A DNA stretch of 64,000 nucleotides from Myxococcota bacterium (lineage in GTDB: Bacteria; Myxococcota_A; Polyangia; Nannocystales; Nannocystaceae). The position numbers and the translations under genes are program-made. This document shows positions 10,089 through 19,372 of this stretch, piece after piece. Each line of letters opens with the position of its first letter. Positions within the stretch are counted from its first letter, which is position 1. Where the stretch lies: the NCBI GenBank assembly GCA_039028615.1, contig JBCCHT010000010.1:192001-256000 (forward strand). The letters run 5' to 3'. The notes below the pieces were generated by a model. That model did no database searches. It was given only the letters and a program-made list of their open reading frames with translations, and had not been told where the DNA came from.

Positions 10089-10117
10089 ACGCTAGCTGCG
10101 GCCCCTGGGGGTGTCAA
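10089..10117 (-). promoter_or_regulatory. Sigma70-type promoter of cysS
   Basis: TTGACA (10117-10112), 17 nt, TAGCGT (10094-10089), 15 nt upstream of the ATG. Confidence 0.75.
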
Positions 10118-10275
10118 CGGCCCCCACGGATGGGGCCGAGGAGGCCCCAATGAGGCCAGGACGACATTTCTGGCAGATTTCGTGAAAGTACTCGGCGCTC
10201 ATCGGTACTCCTCCATACGCGAGGGGGTTTTCAGACCCAGTGGCTGCAGATGACCCCGATAGGGAGTGTGGACCC

Positions 10276-10656
10276 GTGGACCTCACCCAACAGACTGATG
10301 AGCTTGCCGACCTCTTCGATGCGTATATGCAAAACGCCGGATCGGTTCCCGCCGTGCGTCGGTCCCCACGGTGCGCCCACAGCGGCGCGGCGGCCGAGGC
10401 TCGGCTCCAGCTGCAGGCCCAGCTACGGGCGCTGGAGCAACTGCAAAGCGGTATCCGGGCGTGTCTCGCGGCCGATGCTCACCGATTGATGGGGGACCGG
10501 GTCTTGGCCGACTCTCCCGAAATCCTTCGGCTTCAGGGGGCCATGAGCGACTGGTCGATTGCCATCGGCCTCACCTCGCGCACCACGGAGACGGTCAGCG
10601 AGGTGCTCGAGACGCTGCTCGACGACCTCGGTTCCGATCGCTCCGAGCGCGGCTAA
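10276..10656 (+). CDS. Hypothetical alpha-helical protein
   Basis: AGGGAG upstream of GTG 10276; helical amphipathic sequence; no motif recognised. Confidence 0.5.
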   Translation: MDLTQQTDELADLFDAYMQNAGSVPAVRRSPRCAHSGAAAEARLQLQAQLRALEQLQSGIRACLAADAHRLMGDRVLADSPEILRLQGAMSDWSIAIGLTSRTTETVSEVLETLLDDLGSDRSERG

Positions 10657-10711
10657 CCGGGTCCGGCCGCGGTCGGTGTCGAGGTTATCCCTCGTCGCCG
10701 CTGCCGCGGGC

Positions 10712-12271
10712 TCAAAGGGGCACGGGCGGAAAATCTTCGGGGTGGTCGTCGTCGCCGATGCAGCACACCGGGTCGTGCTCGCAGCGATGGTTCATGGCCT
10801 CGTCGTAGCACTCGTCGGCATGCAAGTAGCCGAGCGCCGCCCGGCCATTATTACCGAAGCAGCGCAGCGTGCCGTCGTCCAACAGCGCGCAGGTATGGTC
10901 CGAGCCGGCCGCGATGGCCACTGCGGTGCCTCCCAGTCGCACCGTGCCGGCCGACATCGGGGTCTCGTCGTCGCCGATGTCTTCGGTGTGCCCATAGCCC
11001 AGAGCCCCGAAGGTGTTGGAGCCCCAGCACTGCACGCTGCCGCCTTCGAGCAGGGCGCAGGTGTGGCTTCGACCCGCGGACAGGGCCACCGCGGGGCCGC
11101 TGAGCTGTAGCGGGGGCACGTCGGCGGGGACCTCGTCGTCACCGATGTCGTCGGTGTGGCCATAGCCGAGCTCACCGCCCGCGTTCGAGCCCCAGCAGCG
11201 GACGTCCCCGCCTTCGAGGATGGCGCAGGTGTGGAAGGCCCCGGCGGAGATGGACGTGGCGGGGCCTCCGAGCGGTACGTCCGACAGCTCGGACCACGTG
11301 GCCTCGTCGTGGCCGACACAGCAGCCCGGGCTGTCGCAGTGGAAGCTCTGGGCGGTGCTGCACGACTTCGCTTCGATGCCCCGGCCGAGGTTTCCAGAGC
11401 GATTGTTGAAGCCCCAGCACTGCACGCCGCCGTCGGCCAGCCGCACGCAGGTATGCGCGCCGCCCAGCGCCAGCTGGGTCACGGCGGCGCGCAAGGCCAG
11501 CGGCTCGAGGGTCTCGGCCGACTCGTCGTCACCGATGATGTCCGCGTGCCCGAAACCCGGGGCGCCGAGCGTTCCGTCGCCCCAGCACAGGACCGTGCCA
11601 TCCGCTCGGCGGGCGCAGGTGTGGCGCCCGTGCCGGGGCTGGTAGCTCGAGCTGCTGCCGCGGCCGCTCGACACCTGCAGCTCGACCACCTCGCCCAGAT
11701 CGAGGGCGGGCACATCGACCGGGAGCTCGTCGTCGCCGATGGTCTCGGTATCGCCGCGGCCGAGCGCCCCCGCGCCGCCGAAGCCCCAGCAGCGCACGGT
11801 GTCGTCTTCGAGCAGGGCGCAGGCGTGATGGGTCCCCATGGAGACGCGGGTGACGGTGCCGCCCAGCGAGACGGAGCGCAGGTCGGCCAGCGGCTCGTCG
11901 TCGGCGAGACAGCACGCGGCGTTGTCGATGCAGTCGCAGCGATCGACGGCGGTGGTCTGCCCCAGCGTGCCGTCTTGCTCCCAGCCCCAGCAGCGCACGG
12001 TGCCGTCCTCGAGCAGGGCGCAGGTCCGGGACAGCCCCGCCGTGACTGCGGTGGCGAGGATGCTCGGCGCGTCGGAGCCACTTCCCGAGCCCTCGCTCTC
12101 TTCGGCGGTGCCGTCGGCTGGATCCGTATCTGCGGTGCTCTCACCCGGGCCCGCGGTGGCGGGCGAGCCATCGCCGGACCCGGTGCCCGCGCTCGTGCCT
12201 ACCGGGTCGTTTCCACAGGCCCACAACCCGAGACCAACCACGGCGGCCAGCCCAACCAAGCGATAATCCAT
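10712..12271 (-). CDS. RCC1-repeat (beta-propeller) lipoprotein with Cys-rich inserts
   Basis: Lipobox LWAC; repeated HTCA(L/I)LEGG.V.CWG.N..G.LGYGH..DIGDDE. Confidence 0.88.
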   Translation of the reverse strand: MDYRLVGLAAVVGLGLWACGNDPVGTSAGTGSGDGSPATAGPGESTADTDPADGTAEESEGSGSGSDAPSILATAVTAGLSRTCALLEDGTVRCWGWEQDGTLGQTTAVDRCDCIDNAACCLADDEPLADLRSVSLGGTVTRVSMGTHHACALLEDDTVRCWGFGGAGALGRGDTETIGDDELPVDVPALDLGEVVELQVSSGRGSSSSYQPRHGRHTCARRADGTVLCWGDGTLGAPGFGHADIIGDDESAETLEPLALRAAVTQLALGGAHTCVRLADGGVQCWGFNNRSGNLGRGIEAKSCSTAQSFHCDSPGCCVGHDEATWSELSDVPLGGPATSISAGAFHTCAILEGGDVRCWGSNAGGELGYGHTDDIGDDEVPADVPPLQLSGPAVALSAGRSHTCALLEGGSVQCWGSNTFGALGYGHTEDIGDDETPMSAGTVRLGGTAVAIAAGSDHTCALLDDGTLRCFGNNGRAALGYLHADECYDEAMNHRCEHDPVCCIGDDDHPEDFPPVPL

Positions 12272-12355
12272 GCTTCGATTGTAGGGGCGTGCCCGCGGAG
12301 CCCACAACGAAACGACCGCCGAGCCGTCCCACGCTCGGGCGGAACTCGGGCGGAA

Positions 12356-13228
12356 TTACGCCAGCGGCAGGCCTTCGTCGCCGCGCTTCTTGTACGCCCC
12401 GCCGTCCTTGAGCTTGCGCGCCGCGGTGAAGACCTGCACGGGCTCGTCGAGCGGAGCCTCGGGCATCTCGCGGCGCAACGTGGCGATGAGCTCGGCCGAC
12501 TGGCTCCGCAAGAAGGGGTTGGTCTGTCGCTCTCGGCCCAGCTGCGAGGGGACGGTGCATCGCCCCTGGGCTCGGGTGGCCCACACTTCGCGAATGCGCT
12601 CGGCCAGGACCGCGTTGCCCGGCTCCAGCGCCCACGCAAAGCGCAGGTTGTCCTGGGTGTACTCGTGCGCGCAGCAGATGCGGGTGTGGTCGGGCAGCGC
12701 GGCCAGCCGCTGCAGGCTGTCGTGCATCTTGGCGGGTGGGCCGTCGAACAGCCGCCCGCAGCCCCCGGCGAAGAGCGTGTCGCCACACAGCAGGATGTCG
12801 TCGAACACGTACGACACGTGCCCGTCGATGTGCCCCTCGGTGAGCATCACGCGGCCTTCGCAGGCGCCCAGCCGCACGGTGTCGCCCTCCGCGACGCCTT
12901 CGGTCAGGCCGGGAATCTCCGCTGCCCGGGCCTGGGCCCCGACCACCCGCAGCTCCGCCAGGCGACCGCGCTTTTCGAGGTCGCGATTGACCCCGATGTG
13001 GTCGGGATGGGTATGCGTGTTGAAGACGGTGGTGAGCGTCAGGCCGTGGGCCTCGCAGTACTCGAGCACGCTGCCCGCTTCGGGCCCGTCGACCACCGCC
13101 GTCTCGCCCGTCTCGTTGCACGTGACCAGCCAGATGAGGTTGTCGATCCACGAGGGGACCTGATGCACGGTGAGCCGTCCATCGCGGGAGGTGAAGGGGG
13201 CATGGGGCTCGGTGACGACGTGTTGCAT
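12356..13228 (-). CDS. gloB: Hydroxyacylglutathione hydrolase (glyoxalase II)
   Basis: THTHPDHIG, GHIDGH, CGDTLFAGGCGRLFDG, CAHEYTQDNLRFA, ERQTNPFLR. Start 13228 or 13234. Confidence 0.9.
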   Translation of the reverse strand: MQHVVTEPHAPFTSRDGRLTVHQVPSWIDNLIWLVTCNETGETAVVDGPEAGSVLEYCEAHGLTLTTVFNTHTHPDHIGVNRDLEKRGRLAELRVVGAQARAAEIPGLTEGVAEGDTVRLGACEGRVMLTEGHIDGHVSYVFDDILLCGDTLFAGGCGRLFDGPPAKMHDSLQRLAALPDHTRICCAHEYTQDNLRFAWALEPGNAVLAERIREVWATRAQGRCTVPSQLGRERQTNPFLRSQSAELIATLRREMPEAPLDEPVQVFTAARKLKDGGAYKKRGDEGLPLA

Positions 13229-13372
13229 GGCCACGGAGAGGCGAGCATACACGCCGGATCGGGACGGCCCGCGGCGGAGCGGGCGCGAATACGCGTTCGG
13301 GGGCTCGGTGGTCGTGCCCGGCGGCGATGATGACCGATGGGGACCCGGCTGCTAGGGTCTGGGCCCCTCGCG

Positions 13373-14155
13373 ATGATCCGTCTGCTCCGCAAGCTCACCG
13401 TCGAACAATGGGCGGCCATCGATCGTGACTACCGCGATCGCGAGCTGCCCGACTCGCGGGTCATGTGGATCCTGCTGACGATCACCCTCTGCCTGGTCCT
13501 GCCGCGCTACTTCGGCAACCCGAGCTTCATCGACAGCATCCCCGCCGCCAAGAAGCTGTTCGCCACGTGGCCGCACCCGACGCTTTGGCCCAAGCTGTAC
13601 TGGGCGGGCTTCAAGTTCATCAACTACCTGCTGGTCCCGATACTCGCCATCAAGTTCCTGCTGAAGGAATCGGTGCTCGACCACGGGCTACGGCCCACCC
13701 GCGAGGGCAAGGTCTGGCTGCTCTACCTGGCGATGTTCTTGGTGGTGGTGCCCATGGCCTACGGGGCCTCGTTCACCGACAGCTTCATCCGCACCTACCC
13801 CAAGTATCGGTACGCGGGGGCGTCGTGGGAGCAGCTCATCGCCTGGGAGTTCGGCTACGGTTTTCAGTTCTTCGCGCTGGAGTTCTTCTTCCGCGGCTTC
13901 TTGCTCTTCGCGCTGGCGCGCTACATCGGCTCGGCCGCGATCTTCGTGATGGTGGTGCCCTACGCGATGATCCACTTCAGCAAGCCGCTGGCGGAGACGC
14001 TGGGCTCGGTGCTGGCCGGCATGGCGCTGGGCACCATCGCGCTGCGCACCCGCTCCATCTACGGGGGCGTGGCCGTGCACTGCGGGGTGGCGTGGGCGAT
14101 GGACCTGTTTGCGATGCTGCGCAAGGGGCAGATTCAGCACCTCTTCGAAGAATGA
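13373..14155 (+). CDS. CPBP-family (Abi/CAAX type II) intramembrane glutamic protease
   Basis: Multiple TM helices; LEFFFRGF, MIHFSKP, RTRSIYGGVAVH. Confidence 0.85.
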   Translation: MIRLLRKLTVEQWAAIDRDYRDRELPDSRVMWILLTITLCLVLPRYFGNPSFIDSIPAAKKLFATWPHPTLWPKLYWAGFKFINYLLVPILAIKFLLKESVLDHGLRPTREGKVWLLYLAMFLVVVPMAYGASFTDSFIRTYPKYRYAGASWEQLIAWEFGYGFQFFALEFFFRGFLLFALARYIGSAAIFVMVVPYAMIHFSKPLAETLGSVLAGMALGTIALRTRSIYGGVAVHCGVAWAMDLFAMLRKGQIQHLFEE

Positions 14156-14290
14156 CTGCGTCGACGCCGGTCGTGATCGCTCCGGGCATGGCATGCGACG
14201 ATCGGTCGTGGTGATGGGCGCGGGGTGTCGAACGCCGCTGATTTTTCGGTCGGTGTTCCGGCCGACGACGCTGGCGCAGATCCCGAGCGC

Positions 14291-14323
14291 AAAAAAAGAC
14301 CGTGACGTCGAAACGCCACGGTC
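14291..14323 (-). terminator. Intrinsic terminator
   Basis: Minus strand GACCGTGGCGT-TTCG-ACGTCACGGTC followed by T7. Confidence 0.85.
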
Positions 14324-14350
14324 GATGCGACCCGGGATCGAGGCGAACGC

Positions 14351-14954
14351 TCAGCGCAGGGCGGCGAGCTTGGCCTCGATCTCCTCGACCTGCTTTTTGG
14401 CCGAGTCGTAGTTGTCCTGGACGATCTTCTCGCGCCGCTTGTAGGTCTCCATCCCTTGGGCGGGATTGTCGGACTGCTCGATGCTGGCCTTCATCTTCGG
14501 CAGGCGCTCGAGGAACTTGGTGCGGTTTTCGAGGTTGAGCTGTGCCTGCTCGAGGCGCTTCTCGTAGAAGGCGATCTTCTCGTCCGTGGTCGCGCTCTCG
14601 GGCGGGTCGGTGGGCGGAGGATCGGGCATGGTCGGAGCCATGCCCTTGGTCTCGGGCAGCTTGATGGCCGGGTTGCGGCGACGGCTGGCGGGCGCGGTGG
14701 CGGCATCGGTGGGTCGTGCTCCCACCCCCGCTCCCTTGGCGCCCGAGCGGCTGCCCGCCGAATCGCGAGCCGCGGCCGCGGCCTTGCCCCCGGTCCGCGC
14801 CTTTTTGACCCTTTTCGTCGTCGTCCGACGGCCAGAAGATAAGTAGTGCGGCCACCGCGAGGATGCCTGCGCCGGCCAGGACGGTCGGAAGGAAGCTCTG
14901 TTCCTCGTCGTCCGCGGGGGCTGCTCCGGGTGCCTTCTCGGTCTCGGTCGTCAT
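14351..14954 (-). pseudogene. Single-TM coiled-coil protein split by a 1-nt frameshift near 14810 (pseudogene or sequencing error)
   Basis: The TM-containing N-terminus (MTTETEK...LLIFWPSDDDEK) is in one frame and VKKARTGGK...IEAKLAALR in the next; removing one G from AAGGGTC joins them. Confidence 0.7.
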
Positions 14955-14979
14955 GGGAAAAAGTACTATACCTCACTCT

Positions 14980-15987
14980 GTGCAAGGCGCCGACCGCGGA
15001 GAAGGCGCGGATTCCCCCGCGCCGGACTGGATCGAGATCCCGATGCCGGTCGATCTCGCCCACGATGGATACCGGGTCGACCGCTTCATCCACGCTCGAA
15101 TCCCGCGGCTGTCGAGGACACGGATTCAGACGATCATCGGCCGCGGACAGGTTCACGACACGCAGGGACCGATCGTTCGGCCTTCCCGCCGCGTGCGTGC
15201 GGGCGAGGTCCTGCTGCTGCTGCGACCGGCGCCTCCCGAGCCCGAGGTGGTGCTCGACTATCGAGAGCTCCACGAGGATGCTCACCTGCTGGTCGTCGAC
15301 AAGCCCGCGGGGCTGCCCGTGCACCCGAGCGCCCGGTATCACCGACACACGCTCACCGCGGTCATGCGCGACCGGTTGGGAGCGGGGCACGGCTGGGAGA
15401 TGGCGCATCGGCTCGACCGCGAGACCTCGGGGGTGATGGTCTTCGGGCGGCACCGCCAAAGCGCCTCGGTGCTCAAGCGCAGCTTTGCCCGCCGCGAGGT
15501 CCAAAAGGAGTACCTGGCGCTGGTGCACGGTGACTGGTCGGAGTCGCGGAGCATCGACATCCCGCTCGGCCCCGCGATGGGCTCGGAGATCCGGGTGAAG
15601 ATGGGCGCGCGCTCCCTCGCCGACGGAGGCCAGCGGGCGTGCACCGAGGTCGAGCCGCTCGGCTCGGGCCGCTTTCGAGGCGAGCCCGTGACCTTGGTTC
15701 GCGCGCGGCCTCGCACTGGTCGGCAGCACCAGATTCGGGTGCACCTGGCGCTGTGCGGGCACGGCATCGTCGGCGACAAGCTCTATGGTCTGGAAGAGTC
15801 GTGGTTTCTCGATGTGGTCGAGCGCGGCCGGCCGCTGGCCGATCTCGACGAGCACCTGGGGCTGCATCGCCATGCCCTGCACGCCTCGCGGATCCAGCTG
15901 GACCACCCCCAAAGCGGCGAGCGGGTGAGATTCGTGGCGCCCTGGCCCGAGGAGCTGCACGCGATCATGCCCGTGCCGCCGGGGTGA
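14980..15987 (+). CDS. RluA/RluD-family 23S rRNA pseudouridine synthase with S4-like domain
   Basis: GYRVDRF..LSRTRIQ, VVDKPAGLPVHP, HRLDRETSG, TGRQHQIRVHL, IVGDKLYG, ALHA. Start uncertain (14980 or 15043). Confidence 0.93.
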   Translation: MQGADRGEGADSPAPDWIEIPMPVDLAHDGYRVDRFIHARIPRLSRTRIQTIIGRGQVHDTQGPIVRPSRRVRAGEVLLLLRPAPPEPEVVLDYRELHEDAHLLVVDKPAGLPVHPSARYHRHTLTAVMRDRLGAGHGWEMAHRLDRETSGVMVFGRHRQSASVLKRSFARREVQKEYLALVHGDWSESRSIDIPLGPAMGSEIRVKMGARSLADGGQRACTEVEPLGSGRFRGEPVTLVRARPRTGRQHQIRVHLALCGHGIVGDKLYGLEESWFLDVVERGRPLADLDEHLGLHRHALHASRIQLDHPQSGERVRFVAPWPEELHAIMPVPPG

Positions 15988-16066
15988 CCGGACCATTCGT
16001 CGCGAGGGGTCGACCGTCGAACGATTCGCGACGGCCGCGGGGCATGGAAGGCTGCATGCTGCGCTC

Positions 16067-17368
16067 ATGCGACGCTCGAAGCGATGCGCGTGGATCCTGG
16101 GGCTCGCCGTCGGGGTCGGCTGTGCGACCAATCCGACGCCCGGGGCCATGTCGGACACCACCGAGGCCGCCCTCGACGACTCCTCGGGCGGGCAGGGCGA
16201 CACCGAAGGTGAGGGCGAAGACGGGGTCGAGGCGCTGCCTCACCAAAGCTGTCTGGAGGACGAGGGCATCATCTCGTCGCTGCCGCCGGGCTCCGACGCC
16301 TACGCGGCGGCCGGGTTCGATCGCTACGCGGAGGTCCTCGCGCCCAACGGCAAGCCGATTCGGCTCTACGCGCAGCCCGGCGTGGAAGCGCTGGCCTTCA
16401 TTCGCGCCCGCAACCTGCTGCGCTTTTTCCTCACCGACGTGGCCGACTCGATGTACGGCACCGACAAGGGCGCGGTCGCCAACGCGATGGCGGACAACGA
16501 CGCGGTGCTGGTCATGCCCGAGGGCGCGCACGAAGAAGGCAACGAGCCCAACGTGCCCGCGCAGCCGCTGTACGAGCACGAGACGCCGGTCGACGGCTCG
16601 GCCTGGTACCTCGACAACGACTTCGAGCACCGCGATGCCGCGCTCGAGGAAATCTTCCACCTCGTGCACGACACGGGCATCGGCACCGACTTCCCCGGGG
16701 CGTTGCCCGACTACCAGGCCGCGCTACTGGCCGAGGCGATGGCCGCGATCGACAGCGGCCGTTGGGGCATCGCCATCGACCCGCAGGTGACCGAGTGGCT
16801 CGAAGAGCTCGCCGCCGAGAACAGCCTGGCGCAGGAGTATATCGCCGCGGTGATCGACAGCTACTACGGCCTGTGGGGGCCGTGGGACGGGGAGGGAGGC
16901 ATGTGGGGGCTGTACATCGCCCGCACCCGCGACGAAGTGCACGCCCTCGACCCAGCCGGGGCCGCGTTGCTCGAGGCCTTCCTGCCGCCGCAGCTCGACT
17001 ACGAGGCCCGCCTCGACCCGAGCCTGAGCGGGACCTTCAGCCTGCGCTTCGACCCCGCGCAGCCCTACACCCACAAGTCGCAGTACCTGGTCCAGGCCAC
17101 GCTCACGGGTGACATGGACTCCAACCTCGAGGGCAATGCCTTCGACAACACGCTGCGGGGCAACGCGGGCGACAACCAGATCGAGGGCGGAGAGGGCTCG
17201 GACTGGGTCGTGTACTGCTCACCGCGGGCCGAGTACACCGTCGACGTACAGGGCGACGAAATCCACATCGAGGGTCCCGACGGCCACGACGTGCTCACCG
17301 GCATCGAGCACGCCGCGTTTGCCGATCGCCAGCTCGACCTCAGCGCGCTGCGGCGTCGAAACCGGTAG
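16067..17368 (+). CDS. Acidic lipoprotein with an EEIFHLVH metal-site-like motif and a C-terminal RTX/serralysin-type Ca-binding segment
   Basis: Lipobox AVGVGC; RDAALEEIFHLVHDTGIG; LEGNAFDNTLRGNAGDNQIEGGEGSD...DGHDVLTGIEHAAFAD. Confidence 0.7.
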   Translation: MRRSKRCAWILGLAVGVGCATNPTPGAMSDTTEAALDDSSGGQGDTEGEGEDGVEALPHQSCLEDEGIISSLPPGSDAYAAAGFDRYAEVLAPNGKPIRLYAQPGVEALAFIRARNLLRFFLTDVADSMYGTDKGAVANAMADNDAVLVMPEGAHEEGNEPNVPAQPLYEHETPVDGSAWYLDNDFEHRDAALEEIFHLVHDTGIGTDFPGALPDYQAALLAEAMAAIDSGRWGIAIDPQVTEWLEELAAENSLAQEYIAAVIDSYYGLWGPWDGEGGMWGLYIARTRDEVHALDPAGAALLEAFLPPQLDYEARLDPSLSGTFSLRFDPAQPYTHKSQYLVQATLTGDMDSNLEGNAFDNTLRGNAGDNQIEGGEGSDWVVYCSPRAEYTVDVQGDEIHIEGPDGHDVLTGIEHAAFADRQLDLSALRRRNR

Positions 17369-17377
17369 CATTGAGCG

Positions 17378-18541
17378 GTGAGCGACACGGGGCGAGCGCG
17401 GATCGGCCTACAGCTGGGCGCCTGGCTCGGGATCTCGGCGATCTACTTCGCCCTCGATCTCGGGGCCCAGGAGGACGCGCGCGTGGCCGAGCTGGTGGTG
17501 CGGGCCGTGGTCTGGGGCGTGTGCGGCTGGCTGGTCAGCATGCTCGCGTGGTGGGGTTGGGCACGAGCGCAGCCCGAGGAGTGGTCGCCCTCCGGCATGG
17601 TCTTCGGCGCGACGCTGGGCGGCCTGGGCTTCGGCACGCTGTGGTTGCTGGTGTTCACCGCGATCGATGCGCTGGTGGAGCTCGAGCCGGGTTTCGTCCC
17701 GCTGCGCGACTGGAGCCTGGACCAAGCGGCGGCGGAGAGCATGGCCTATGCCTTTCCCATGATCGCGTGGCACGGCGTGGCGTTCTCGCTGCGCCAGGTC
17801 GAGCGGCGGGCCGACGACCGGGCGCGCGCGGCCGAGGCCGAGCAGCTCGCCCAGCGGGCCGAGCTCGATGCGCTCCGCTATCAGCTCAACCCCCATCTTT
17901 TGTTCAACGCGCTCAACTCGGCCATGGCGATGATCGACGAAGATCCGCAGCGGGCCGAGGACATGCTGCTGCGGCTCACCTTCTTGCTGCGCTCGACCCT
18001 GCGGGCTCCCCGGGAGGGCACGGTGGGTGAGGAGCTCGAGCGCATCGCCGCCTACCTCGAGCTCGAGGGCGTGCGCTTCGAAGACCGCCTAGACGTACAG
18101 GTCGACGTCGAGCCCGGCCTGGACGAGGTGCCGCTGCCGACCTTGTTGCTCCAGCCGCTGGTGGAGAACGCCATCAAGCACGGCATGCAGTGCTCGTCCA
18201 TGCCGCTGCGCCTGCGCATTCGGGTCTCGCGGAAGGGCCGGGTGCTGACCGCGGTGGTGGCCAACTCCGGGCGCATGGGCAACGGCTTCGGTCGCGACGC
18301 CGAGTCGTCCACCGAGTCGGGTGTGGGTCTGGCCAACGTGCGCGCCCGGGTGGCGGCGCACTACGGCCACGGCGGCACCCTGCGTGTGGCCCAGGTGCAG
18401 CGTGAAGGCGAGCCGTGGGTCGAGGCCGAGCTGTGTCTCGATGGTCGGCGGGCGCGCCTCAAGACCCTGCACGACCCGCCGCCACCGCCGCCGCCCTCGC
18501 CCTTCGCCGATGGGTCCGCGCCCATCCAGGAGCACGCATGA
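17378..18541 (+). CDS. LytS/YehU-type sensor histidine kinase
   Basis: N-terminal TM helices; ELDALRYQLNPHLLFNALN, LQPLVENAIKHG, GVGLANVRAR. Confidence 0.93.
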   Translation: MSDTGRARIGLQLGAWLGISAIYFALDLGAQEDARVAELVVRAVVWGVCGWLVSMLAWWGWARAQPEEWSPSGMVFGATLGGLGFGTLWLLVFTAIDALVELEPGFVPLRDWSLDQAAAESMAYAFPMIAWHGVAFSLRQVERRADDRARAAEAEQLAQRAELDALRYQLNPHLLFNALNSAMAMIDEDPQRAEDMLLRLTFLLRSTLRAPREGTVGEELERIAAYLELEGVRFEDRLDVQVDVEPGLDEVPLPTLLLQPLVENAIKHGMQCSSMPLRLRIRVSRKGRVLTAVVANSGRMGNGFGRDAESSTESGVGLANVRARVAAHYGHGGTLRVAQVQREGEPWVEAELCLDGRRARLKTLHDPPPPPPPSPFADGSAPIQEHA

Positions 18542-19266
18542 CCGCATACCGAGCCCTCCTGGTCGACGACGAGCGACTCGCCCGCCGCCGCCTGGCGAAG
18601 CTGCTGGGGCGCCATCCCGAGATCGAGGTCGCGGCCGAGGCCGAAGACGTCGCGGGCGCGGTGACCGAGCTTCAGGCCGACCCGAGCCTCAATCTCGTGT
18701 TCCTCGACATCCAGATGCCCGGCGGCTCCGGCTTCGAGCTGTTCAGTCGTACTCGGGTGCAAGCCTCCGTGGTGTTCGTGACCGCGTTCGACGAGCACGC
18801 GCTGCGGGCGTTCGAGGTCAACGCGCTGGATTACCTGCTCAAGCCGGTCGATCCCGCGCATCTGCAGCGCGCGGTCGCTCGACTCCCGCCGCCCGGCAAA
18901 GCGGCGACGAGGCCGCCGCTCGACGATCGCATTTGCTTGCCCCTCGGGACCGGCGCTCGTTTCGTCGAACCCGAGGACATCGCGTGTATTCGCGCCGAAG
19001 GCGACTACAGCGAAGTGTGCCTACGTTCAGGTGAGCGCGAATTGGTGCGGGTGACGATGCGACAGTGGGAGCAGCAATTGTCCGCTGAACGTTTTTCCCG
19101 GGTGCATCGATCGGTGATCGTCGGTGTGCATGCCGTCCGCCGCTTGGGCGCGGGCGCGGGCTCGAGCTACCTGGTGGAGGTTGAAGGTGTCAACGAGCCG
19201 CTACCGGTCAGTCGAAGCCAGTTCAGGGCGGTTCGACAGCGGCTCACCGCCGAGCCCGGTCGCTGA
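18538..19266 (+). CDS. LytTR-family response regulator
   Basis: LVDDERLAR, FLDIQMP, FVTAFDEHALRAFEVNALDYLLKP, FSRVHRS, PVSRS; ATGA overlap with the kinase stop. Confidence 0.95.
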   Translation: MTAYRALLVDDERLARRRLAKLLGRHPEIEVAAEAEDVAGAVTELQADPSLNLVFLDIQMPGGSGFELFSRTRVQASVVFVTAFDEHALRAFEVNALDYLLKPVDPAHLQRAVARLPPPGKAATRPPLDDRICLPLGTGARFVEPEDIACIRAEGDYSEVCLRSGERELVRVTMRQWEQQLSAERFSRVHRSVIVGVHAVRRLGAGAGSSYLVEVEGVNEPLPVSRSQFRAVRQRLTAEPGR

Positions 19267-19372
19267 ATGCGTGCCTTCGTCGCATTCGAGGCGACGCCCA
19301 GATCACCAGTAGGCAGAGTCCTACACAGATTGCATCGTAACTACGAATTGCTTTACGAGTATCACTAGCATC

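Noticed and set aside
10118..10275. Possible T-box or other structured leader upstream of cysS
   Set aside because: A canonical promoter sits only 15 nt from the cysS start, leaving no room for a leader, and no T-box motif was seen.
14952..14955. Overlapping divergent ATGs (CATG) for the frameshifted gene and the pseudouridine synthase
   Set aside because: This would leave no promoter space; an AT-rich -10-like tract at 14961-14970 favours a later start for the synthase.
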